From positions 3,461,701 to 3,525,700 of the forward strand of contig OY970375.1 in NCBI GenBank assembly GCA_963718705.1: DNA of 64,000 nt. The letters are read 5' to 3'. Source of the stretch: Ilumatobacteraceae bacterium. Its GTDB lineage: Bacteria > Actinomycetota > Acidimicrobiia > Acidimicrobiales > Ilumatobacteraceae. A model generated the notes under the pieces. The model did no database searches and had not been told where the DNA came from. It saw only the letters and a list, made by a program, of their open reading frames with translations. Numbering within the stretch: position 1 is the stretch's first letter; every line of letters starts with the position of its first letter. Made by a program: the position numbers and the translations under genes. Below, one piece after another: positions 30,963-40,200 of this stretch.

Positions 30963-33041
30963 TCAGGCGGCGTGCGAAACGCCGTCGCCGACCGCCGCGT
31001 CGGCGACCATGAAGCGACGCATCAGCGTCGCCGCCAGGCCTTCGATGCTGCCACCGTTGGCACCCGTCACGAGCACCTCCGGCATCACGTTGATGCGACC
31101 CTCGGCGATCGCGTTGATCGCCGCCACGAGCGCCGTGGCCTGCGGGCCGAGGGCCAGCTTCTGGGCTTCGAAACCCTCGGCACGTGCCAGACCCAACGCC
31201 TCGACCGCTTTGGCCTCGGCCAAGCCGACCGCTTCGGCGCGTGACGCCTCGGCGGCACCGACCGCCGACACCTTGCGCGCCTCGGCGTTGCCGAGCACCT
31301 CGATCCTGGTGGCGTCGGCACGACCCAACACCTCGACCTTGGTGGCCTCGGCGCGTGCCGTGGTCTCGGTATAGGCCGCCTCACCGCGAGCGTGTGCGGC
31401 TCGCGCTTCTGCGGCGTTGGCGTTGATCTCGATCGACACCTGCGACGACGCCAACTGACCTTGCATGTCGGCGGTGCCGCGGGCCTTCTCGACCTCGATC
31501 CGGGCGTGCTGCGCTTCGCGCTGCTCGTGGAAGGTGGCCTTCTCCTGCTTGGCGATCTCGCGTTCGGTCAGGACCTGCACGAGCTCGTCGGGGAACACCA
31601 CGTCCTGGATGTAGACGCCGCGGGTCTCCACGTCGTACCCGGTCAGGTACTGCGTGATCGCCTCCAGCGCTGCGGTCTGGACCTCGTCGCGGGTTTCGAT
31701 GAACCGCACCGCCTCCAGCCGCTGCAGGGTGTTGCGGAAGTGGTTGCCGACCGCCGACTGCAGGACCTCGTTGACGAGGTTCTGCATCGTGCCCACCATC
31801 GAGATCACCTTCGGGGCCTTGGTGTCGCTGACGTGGATCTGGACCTGCAGATCGATCTTGAACACGAACCCCTCACGGCTCTTGCCCTCGATCGGGTTGA
31901 GCTGGTGGTCCAGATTGTGCGCCTGGCTGACGGCGGTCGCCCAGTTGAGGGTGAGGATCGACGTCGGCACGATCTCGGCGGCGTAGATGCGCGGGTTGAT
32001 CGGATACTTCCCGGTGCGCAGCGGCTCTTGCCAGATGCCGCGACGGCCGGGTTGCACGATCGACCCGAACTTGAACTCGCTCCCGCTCGTGTCGAGCGTG
32101 GGCAGCCCGACGAAGCTCTTGATCACGGCCACCTCGCCCTGGCGCACGACCAGCATCGGCACCATCTCGACGCTCACCAGGAACGGGTTGAGGAGGTAGG
32201 CGCCGTACAGCAGCGGGTCGTGCTGGAGCCCGATCCGACCACCGTTGGCCATGAACAATTGGAAGTCCTGATAGTTGTTGTGCAGCTCGTTCTTGCGGCC
32301 CAGCAGCACGTCGATCACCTCGGCATCGCTGAGGTGCTCGGCGTGCATCGCCACGATGTCCTCGAAGCCGCCCAGCCGGCTGGCGATGTCGCCGGCCGGG
32401 AGCGGTTCACCTTCGAGCGCGGTCACGATGCCGACCATGTCGGTCGACCCGTTGGGCGAGATCACGGTCACACGCAGCTGCGCGGGGTCGAGCCCGAACA
32501 GGTCGGGCGACAGTGATCCGTACTGGTTGGTGTAGGCCCGCAGTTCGCTCGACACCGGTACCCCGTAGACGCGGCTGGCGGTGATCACCAGGAACGCCGC
32601 CGGGTGGATCGGTACGAGCGTGCCCGGAGGGAGCAACGGACGCTGGACGCCTTTCTGGCCGCCGTGATCGAGGAACGCCGAGAGGTTCGAGAAGTTGCCG
32701 AACTCGGGGTGGAACTCGGCGCTCTTGGCGCCGATCGCGATCGGGTCGCCGACCTGGGCGATCACCACGCCGATCTCGCCGGCGGGCACCTGCACCCAGG
32801 GGTGCTTCGACACGCCGTAGACGGGCCACAGCATGAAACGCAAGCCGGGCATGAGGAGCTGTGCCTGATAGCCGGCTTCGCCGTTGCGAGCAACGGGGTT
32901 GCCTTGGTCCAGGCTGCGGCGTGCGAGCCGCTTGGTGACCACGCCGACTTCGGCGGGGCCGATCGAGTGCAGCGACAACGCTCCGACGAGCAGAGCGAGC
33001 GCGGCGATGACGATGACAATGACGGTGATGACGAGCACCAC
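30963..33041 (-). CDS. flotillin-like SPFH/band-7 domain protein
   Basis: N-terminal TM segment, SPFH domain, then a long Ala/Glu-rich coiled-coil tail (…EAQHARIEVEKARGTADMQ…EARAAHARGEAAYTETTARAEATKVEVLGRADATRIEVLG…). Confidence 0.8.
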   Translation of the reverse strand: MVLVITVIVIVIAALALLVGALSLHSIGPAEVGVVTKRLARRSLDQGNPVARNGEAGYQAQLLMPGLRFMLWPVYGVSKHPWVQVPAGEIGVVIAQVGDPIAIGAKSAEFHPEFGNFSNLSAFLDHGGQKGVQRPLLPPGTLVPIHPAAFLVITASRVYGVPVSSELRAYTNQYGSLSPDLFGLDPAQLRVTVISPNGSTDMVGIVTALEGEPLPAGDIASRLGGFEDIVAMHAEHLSDAEVIDVLLGRKNELHNNYQDFQLFMANGGRIGLQHDPLLYGAYLLNPFLVSVEMVPMLVVRQGEVAVIKSFVGLPTLDTSGSEFKFGSIVQPGRRGIWQEPLRTGKYPINPRIYAAEIVPTSILTLNWATAVSQAHNLDHQLNPIEGKSREGFVFKIDLQVQIHVSDTKAPKVISMVGTMQNLVNEVLQSAVGNHFRNTLQRLEAVRFIETRDEVQTAALEAITQYLTGYDVETRGVYIQDVVFPDELVQVLTEREIAKQEKATFHEQREAQHARIEVEKARGTADMQGQLASSQVSIEINANAAEARAAHARGEAAYTETTARAEATKVEVLGRADATRIEVLGNAEARKVSAVGAAEASRAEAVGLAEAKAVEALGLARAEGFEAQKLALGPQATALVAAINAIAEGRINVMPEVLVTGANGGSIEGLAATLMRRFMVADAAVGDGVSHAA

Positions 33042-33259
33042 GGACCTCCAGTGGGGGATCGAGTGTCGACTGGCGACGCTCGGGTTGGGTTGACGTACTG
33101 CCGACCAGACTTCCCGGCACTGTGACCAGACCCGGTGGATTTGTATTGCACCTGTCTGGTATTGGTTCTACGCCTGTCTGGTTGGGGAGTCAAGAAGATT
33201 CGGTTCGCGATGACCGGTCACCCTCGTTCACGCCGTGAACCGGCCTAGACTCTCCGCCC

Positions 33260-33571
33260 GTGGCACCCCCGAAGCGCAAGACAGGTGGCGGACGTACAAC
33301 GGCCAAGGGCACTCGCCCCGGCAACGTGCAGAAGTACGCCAACCCGAGTGAGAACAAGTCCGGCGTGCACGCTTCGACGCGTTACACCCCGCCGGTGCCG
33401 CCCGAGATGAAACTGCCCAAGCCGTGGGTGCCGTGGTTGATGGTCACGCTGTTGATCACCGGCATGGTCACGATCATGCTGCGCAACCTGGTGTGGCAGA
33501 ACAACTGGCTCACGCTGGCCGGGCTGGGCTTCGTGCTGGGCGGGTTGTACACCGCCACCAAGTGGCGCTGA
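33260..33571 (+). CDS. crgA: cell division protein CrgA
   Basis: Basic N-terminus plus two TM helices (…PWVPWLMVTLLITGMVTIMLRNLVWQNNWLTLAGLGFVLGGLYTATKWR). Conserved position relative to trpG and pknB. Confidence 0.8.
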   Translation: MAPPKRKTGGGRTTAKGTRPGNVQKYANPSENKSGVHASTRYTPPVPPEMKLPKPWVPWLMVTLLITGMVTIMLRNLVWQNNWLTLAGLGFVLGGLYTATKWR

Positions 33572-33584
33572 TCGACCACCTGGC

Positions 33585-33670
33585 GCTGTTCCACAGCGCA
33601 GTTGTCCACAGGGCCTGAATCACATCGGTGTCGTTTGACACAGTGTTGTCCACAGATGTGTGGACAACCC
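33585..33670. promoter_or_regulatory. cluster of DnaA-box-like motifs (3 perfect TTGTCCACA plus 2 degenerate); two of them form a 10-bp-stem hairpin gttgtccaca-gatg-tgtggacaac between convergent genes
   Basis: tgTTCCACAgcgcagTTGTCCACAgg…cgTTTGACACAgtgTTGTCCACAgatgTGTGGACAAcc. Confidence 0.6.
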
Positions 33671-33688
33671 CCACGCGCCTACGACTCC

Positions 33689-33973
33689 TCAGTCGTAGAG
33701 CGGCGCCACGACGATCATTTCCTCGAGACAGTGCTTGGGAGGCGGAGGATCGTCGTCGGGAGCCATCGTCATCTTCAATTCTGTGCCACAGACATCGCAC
33801 CGATACCTGACGTTCACCTTGCGCAGTGCACCAGGCTCCGGCGGGGGTGCGGGCGGGTGCGAGAGCGACTGCAGCATCCCCATCCCTGCTTTCCACAGCA
33901 CGACGCCGATCAACAGGCCCGACACGATCCAGACCACCCTGCCCGCCGTCACTGCCACGATCACGGCACGCAC
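33689..33973 (-). CDS. small hypothetical membrane protein with C-terminal CxxC…HC zinc-ribbon-like motif (GTG start)
   Basis: VRAVIVAVTAGRVVWIVSGLLIGVVLWKAG (TM helix)…RYRCDVCGTELKMT…KHCLEEM. Convergent with crgA. Confidence 0.3.
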   Translation of the reverse strand: MRAVIVAVTAGRVVWIVSGLLIGVVLWKAGMGMLQSLSHPPAPPPEPGALRKVNVRYRCDVCGTELKMTMAPDDDPPPPKHCLEEMIVVAPLYD

Positions 33974-34017
33974 CCTATCGGTTATCCCCAACCCCTGTGG
34001 ATCATCGCACAGGGTGG

Positions 34018-35184
34018 TCAGAGACGCTCGACGATGACGGCGTTGGCCATGCCACCGCCCTCGCACATGACCTGCAAGCCGTAGCGGCCGCCGGTGCGCT
34101 CGAGTTCGCAGACGAGCGTGGCCATCAGCCGCGCACCGGAGGCGCCGAGCGGGTGGCCGAGGGCGATCGCACCACCGTTCACGTTCACCCGGTCCATGTC
34201 GGGGTGCACCTCCTGTTCCCAGGCCAGCACGACCGATGCGAACGCTTCGTTGACCTCGATCAGGTCGATCTGGTCGAGCTGCATCCCGGCCCGTTGCAGC
34301 ACCTTGTGGGTGGCCGGGATCGGCGCCGTCAACATCAACCGCGGATCGGCGCCGGCGAGTGCGAACTCGACCAGCCGGGCACGCGGCCGCAACCCGAGCT
34401 GCTCGGCGCGTTGCTCGCTCATGATCAAGGTCATCGCCGCCCCGTCGCTGATCTGCGACGAGTTGCCGGCCGTCACACGGCCGCCATCGGTGGCCGACAC
34501 GAAGGCCGGCTGGAGCAGCGCCAACGCCGCCGGCGTGGTGTCGCGTACCCCTTCGTCGCGTCCGACCGGTCGACGATCGGTTCCCTCGACCGGCACCAGT
34601 TCGCGTTCGAAGCGACCCTCGGCGATCGCCCGAGCGGCGAACGACTGGGAACGCTCGCCGTAGGCGTCCATCGCGTCGCGACCGATGTTCCACCGGTCCG
34701 CGACGAGCTCCGCCGAGATGCCCTGTGGCACGAGCCCGCCCGCCTCGGCATAACGGGCGCCGAGCCGCGGACCGAACGGATACCCGTACTTGCCATCGGC
34801 CATCGAGGCACCCATCGGCACGCGGGTCATCACCTCCACGCCCCCGGCCACGACCACGTCGTAGGCGCCCGCCATCACCCCTTGGGCGGCGAAGTGGATC
34901 GCCTGCTGACTGGAGCCGCATTGGCGGTCGACGGTGGTGCCCGGGACCGACTCGGGCCACCCGGCCGCCAGCACCGCGTTGCGGGCGATGTTCACCGCCT
35001 GCTCACCCACCTGCATGACACACCCCATGACGACATCGTCGACCACGGCGGGGTCGAGGTCGTTGCGGGTCTGCAAAGCCGTCAGCAGTTCGGCAGCCAG
35101 GTCCACCGGATGCCAGTCGCGCAGCAGCCCGTTGCGCCGCCCGAGCGGCGTGCGGACCACATCGACGATCACGGCACTGTTCAT
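34018..35184 (-). CDS. acetyl-CoA C-acyltransferase (thiolase)
   Basis: Thiolase motifs (VDRQCGSSQQAI…NVNGGAIALGHPLGASGARL…CEGGGMANA). Confidence 0.9.
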   Translation of the reverse strand: MNSAVIVDVVRTPLGRRNGLLRDWHPVDLAAELLTALQTRNDLDPAVVDDVVMGCVMQVGEQAVNIARNAVLAAGWPESVPGTTVDRQCGSSQQAIHFAAQGVMAGAYDVVVAGGVEVMTRVPMGASMADGKYGYPFGPRLGARYAEAGGLVPQGISAELVADRWNIGRDAMDAYGERSQSFAARAIAEGRFERELVPVEGTDRRPVGRDEGVRDTTPAALALLQPAFVSATDGGRVTAGNSSQISDGAAMTLIMSEQRAEQLGLRPRARLVEFALAGADPRLMLTAPIPATHKVLQRAGMQLDQIDLIEVNEAFASVVLAWEQEVHPDMDRVNVNGGAIALGHPLGASGARLMATLVCELERTGGRYGLQVMCEGGGMANAVIVERL

Positions 35185-35312
35185 GGTCCAGCCAAGTCAA
35201 GCCGCTGGCGACGGCCGATCTCGTATCCAGCGTGTGAACCGCGCTGGACGGTTCGGTGCCGATCGGCCCGTGGCCTGTGGACGTGTGACGCAAGCCACGC
35301 GAGACTGAACCG

Positions 35313-37133
35313 ATGACCGTGCGCTCCACCATCGCTGAGATCGACGCCCGCGTAGCCGGGCAGACCGTGCCGAAGCAGTTCGTCAAGATGCTGGCCGACA
35401 AGCCGGGCTTGGCGCTGCTCAAATCGGCAAGGGCCGAGGGTGGCTGGAACACGTGGACCGTGGCCGACGTCGCCGAGTTGGCCGCCCAGGCGGCGGCCGG
35501 CTGGCTGGCGCACGGCGTGCACCCGGGTGAGCGTGTGCTCTTGATGATGCGCAACCGGCCCGACTTCCACTGGCTCGACCTCGGCGCCCAGTTCGCCCGG
35601 GCAACTCCGGTCTCGATCTACAACTCGTCGTCACCCGAAGAGATCCAGTACCTCGCCGAACACGCCGAGGCCCGGGTGGCGATCGTCGAGAACGACGCCT
35701 TCCTGCAGCGGCTCCTGCAGGTGCGCGACGAGCTGCCGATGCTGACGAAGATCTTCGTGATCGATCCGCCGTCGACCGCCGACGGTGCGCTGCCCGACGG
35801 CGTCGCGCCCGTGTCGGAGTTGATGGGCCACGGCTCAGCCGATCTGGCCGCCCTGGCAGAGGGCACCAGCCCGGACGACATCGCCACGCTGATCTACACG
35901 TCGGGCACGACCGGACCGCCGAAGGGCGTGATGATCAGCCAGTACAACGTGGTGTATACCGCCGATTCGCTGTTCGAGTCGATCGAGGATCCGAGCGCCG
36001 TCGGTTGGCGGGTCGTGTCGTACCTCCCGATGGCCCACATCGCCGAGCGCATGACCAGCCACTACCGCACCATGATCGATGGGCTCGAGGTGTACTGCTG
36101 CCCCGACGTCAATGGGCTCTCTCCGATGCTCAAAGAAGTGCACCCCCAGATGCTGTTCGGCGTCCCGCGCGTGTTCGAGAAGATCTATGCCGGTGTCAAC
36201 GCAGCGATGTCGGCCGACCCGGACAGGAAGGCCCAATTCGACGACGGGGTGGCGCTGTCGACGGCCATCAACCGTGCCAAGCTCGACGGCAGCGTCACCC
36301 AGGAACAACTCGACACGCAGGCGTTCCTCGACTCGGTCGCGTTCTCGGCTATCCGCAGCATGGTCGGGCTGGACGCGATCGAGCTGGCGATCACCGGCGC
36401 AGCGCCGATCCCGGCGGCGATCCTCGAGTGGTTCAACGCGATCGGCGTGAACCTGGCCGAGATCTACGGCATGTCGGAGTCGACCGGCCCGATGACGTTC
36501 TCGCCACGCCGCAACCGGCCGGGTTACGTCGGCCAACAGATCCCCGGCTGCGAGGTCCGGATTGCCGACGACGGCGAAGTGGTGTGCCGTGGCGGCGTGG
36601 TGTTCCAGGGGTATCTCAAGCAGCCCGACAAGACCGCCGAGACGATCGTCGATGGCTGGCTGCACACCGGCGACATCGGCGTGATCGACGACGAGGGCTA
36701 CCTCAAGATCGTCGATCGCAAGAAGGAACTGATCATCACCTCGGGCGGCAAGAACATCAGCCCCGCCAACCTGGAGGCGTCGCTCAAGATGATCCCGCTG
36801 GTGGGTCAGGCATGCGCGATCGGCGACAACCGCAAGTTCATCGCCGCCCTGCTGGTGCTCGACCCTGAGGTGACGCCGGTGTGGGCCGCCGCCCACGGCA
36901 AGGCCGGCATGTCGCTGGCCGACTTGGCAGACGATCCCGACGTCCAGAACGTGGTGCAGGAGGGCGTGGAGATGATCAACCAGCAGTTCGCCTCGGTCGA
37001 GCAGATCAAGCGCTTCACGTTGATCGGCGAGGAGTGGCTCCCCGACTCCGACGTGCTGACCCCCACCTCGAAGTTGAAGCGCCGAGGCATCCACGCCCGC
37101 TACGCCGACACGATCGAGGCGATGTACGAGTAG
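35313..37133 (+). CDS. fadD: long-chain fatty-acid-CoA ligase (AMP-dependent synthetase)
   Basis: AMP-binding motif IYTSGTTGPPKGV plus the rest of the adenylation fold. Confidence 0.9.
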   Translation: MTVRSTIAEIDARVAGQTVPKQFVKMLADKPGLALLKSARAEGGWNTWTVADVAELAAQAAAGWLAHGVHPGERVLLMMRNRPDFHWLDLGAQFARATPVSIYNSSSPEEIQYLAEHAEARVAIVENDAFLQRLLQVRDELPMLTKIFVIDPPSTADGALPDGVAPVSELMGHGSADLAALAEGTSPDDIATLIYTSGTTGPPKGVMISQYNVVYTADSLFESIEDPSAVGWRVVSYLPMAHIAERMTSHYRTMIDGLEVYCCPDVNGLSPMLKEVHPQMLFGVPRVFEKIYAGVNAAMSADPDRKAQFDDGVALSTAINRAKLDGSVTQEQLDTQAFLDSVAFSAIRSMVGLDAIELAITGAAPIPAAILEWFNAIGVNLAEIYGMSESTGPMTFSPRRNRPGYVGQQIPGCEVRIADDGEVVCRGGVVFQGYLKQPDKTAETIVDGWLHTGDIGVIDDEGYLKIVDRKKELIITSGGKNISPANLEASLKMIPLVGQACAIGDNRKFIAALLVLDPEVTPVWAAAHGKAGMSLADLADDPDVQNVVQEGVEMINQQFASVEQIKRFTLIGEEWLPDSDVLTPTSKLKRRGIHARYADTIEAMYE

Positions 37134-37238
37134 CCAGCTGCTGGAGTCGCGACGCTGCGATCGCATCGCACTCGTTCGTGCACGCCGTCGCACGTCGTTT
37201 AGAGTCCGTTGCTCGACAACCGTTAAGGGGATCACACC

Positions 37239-40200
37239 ATGTCGAAGCCGCGGGCGCCTTGGGGTACTTGCTGTTCCTGACCGCAGGGACACTGTTGACG
37301 TCGTCTCCCGTTCTGCATGCCGCAGGGCCGACATTCATCGAAGGGTGGGTCACCGCCAGCTCTTCAGGCCAAGCGCTGGAAGGCATCACCGTCATCGCCA
37401 TGACCGGTGATCCCGAAGCGTCTCCGGCCGAGCCGCTCGTCACGGCGGCCACGACCACCACGGATTCCTCCGGGGCCTACTCGCTCGACGTCTCCGCCTC
37501 CGTCGCTGACCAGCCGATCTACGTCAACGTGATCGACATGCTTGACGTGTACGGCGCTGTCATGTTGCAGCCGGTCATCGTCACAGAGGGAACCACATCG
37601 ACCTCTTCGTTCTCGCTCGGCGCAGGTGGTTTCGTTCACGGCCACGTGCTGCACCACACGACGCTCGGCGACATCGGCGTCTCGGAATCCTGTGTCACCG
37701 TCCGCAACCTCGATGGATCATTGGCCGTCCCATACGAGTGGCCAGGTACATGTTCGGGACAGTTCAACGACCCCAACTACTACGCAATTCCTGCTCTCCC
37801 ACCGGGCGACTACTCGCTGTCGTTCGGAACCCCTGATCCATCGCGGTTCTGGCCGCTTCTCGACCAATTCGTGTCGGTCGAGGCCGGTGTGGCCACGGTG
37901 TTCAACCCCTCGCTGCCCTCGGCGCCACCGACGGCGTTGACCGGAGAAGTGACCGAGAGCGGAACGTCGGCACCGTTGGCCGGTGTGGACGTGGTGGTCT
38001 CCGCAACCGATCGGTTCGGCAACCCGACGAATCGGTTCGGGACCACCGACGCAGCAGGCACGTTCGACATCAACCTGGACGGGATGGGATCGGGCGTGTC
38101 GCAGTACCTGGTGAGCTTCTTCGACCCCACCGGGTCACATGCTGCGGTGATCGGTTCTTCGATCTCGATCCAGCCTGGGTACACCGAGGCGATGGCCGTC
38201 GAACTCCAGCCCGGCGGGGTGGTGAGCGGCACCATCAGCGATGCCGGTGGAGCCCCCATCGAGGGTGCCTGCGAGATCATCGAAACGCTGAGTGGCACTC
38301 CCGTGATTCCAACCGATTGGGCGCCGTGCACGGGTCCGGATGGGACCTTTCGGATCCAAGCTGTCCCAGCCGGGCAGTACCGGGTGCGGGTGTTTGCGCC
38401 TGCTGGCTGGCTGTCGACATCCTCGGGCACGCTGACGGTCACCGCCGGCGGGGTGACCGATTTCGGCATCACGCTCGAACCATTCCCCGACACCCTGATC
38501 ACCGGCGTCGTGCTCGACGAGGTCACGTCCGCGCCCATTCCGGGAGCACGGATATCCGTGACGACCACGACGAGGTACGGCGAACTCGCAGGATGGACGG
38601 CCTACGCCGACGACCAAGGCGAGTACTCCGTCGACATCGACAACGATTGGTACGGGCCGCTCTTCGACTGGATCGACACGTCACAGCCGTTCACGATCGA
38701 TGTGTTCGACGATTCGGGGGCCCACGTCGCCGAGTTCGGAGCCACGTCGCTGCTCCAGCCCGGCTATGCCGAGGCGATCGAGTTCGACCTGGCGCCCGGT
38801 GGCAACGTCGCCGGAGTGGTGACCGGTGGGGGGACCCTGCCGTTGCAAGGTGCCTGCGTGATCCTGGAGGACCTGGGCGGCAACCCGATCGTGCCGACCG
38901 ATTGGGCACCGTGCTCCGACCCGACCGGTCGCTACGCCACCGCCGGCGTCCCACCGGGCAACTACCAGGCGCGTGTGTTTGCGCCGGAGGGCTGGCTCTC
39001 ACAGACCGTCCCCGTGTCGGTGACCGTCGGCCAGACCACCCAACTCGCCGTCCACTTGCTTGCGTTCCCACCCACGGCGATCACCGGCACCGTGGTGGAG
39101 GACGGCACGGGTGCACCCCTCTCGGGCGTGCAAGTGCACGTCAGTACGACCGGATTCGGCGGGCGGCAGATTTGGTCGACCGAGACCGATGACGACGGCG
39201 TGTACGAAGTCGATCTTCACGGCTTCAGTTCGCTCGCTCCGTACCAGGTCGACTTCGTGGACCACTCAGGCACCCACATCAGCGAGTTCGGCGCCGAGGT
39301 CGCCGTACAGGTGGGCTACACGGAAGCGATCAGCGCCTCGTTGGCGCCTTCCGGAAGCATCTCGGGTGTCGTCCGAGATTCGAGCGGCAGCCCCTTGGCA
39401 GGCGCATGTGTCGTCATCGAGGATCTTGACGGCAACCCAGTCTATTCCACCGACTGGGCGCCGTGCACGCTGGGCGATGGTGCGTACACCAGCCTCGGAG
39501 TCCCCGACGGGTCGTATCAGGTCCGGGTGGTCGCTCCGCCTCGGTTCCATTCCGGTACGACGGGCCCCGTCGTGATCAGTGGCGGCTCGCCGGCCGCATT
39601 CGATCTGACGCTCCAACCGGTCGTGACTCGAATCACCGGTGTGATCACCGACGACTCCACCGGCGCCCCACTTGCCGGGCTGGTGGTCCGCACGAGGGTC
39701 AACCCCACGACGTCCCCGGCGATCTATGCGACCGACACCACCGACAGCGCCGGCTCGTTCACGCTCGACGTGAGCGACACGCCACTCGTCGACAACGGCG
39801 GGACGTTCAACCTCGACGTTGCTGACCCAACCGGTCAGTACGTGCCGAAGTCCGGAATCGCGGTGACCCCGCAACGCGGCTACGACGAACCGATCGGGCT
39901 CTCGTTGGAGTTGGCCGGTGCGATCACCGGCACGATCCGGTCGAGCGGCGGAAGTGCGATTCCGGGAGCGTGTGTCTCGGTCCGCCCGGCCGCCGCGGCG
40001 GCGAGCGCAGCGAGCACGTGCACCGGAGCCGACGGGATGTACACGTTCATGTCGTTGGCACCTGGCGCGTACGTGCTCGATGTCACGCCGCCCAACACGC
40101 TGTTCGCCGCCAACCTGGGCACGGCGACGACCGTGGTCGGTGGTCAATCCACCGCCGTCGACATCGTGTTGGCCAGTCGCCCCCCGGCGACGGTCACAGG

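Noticed and set aside
33585-33670. DnaA-box cluster interpreted as the chromosomal replication origin oriC
   Set aside because: There is no dnaA, dnaN, rpmH, parAB or AT-rich unwinding element nearby. The flanking genes (crgA, thiolase) match a position several kb away from oriC in related genomes.
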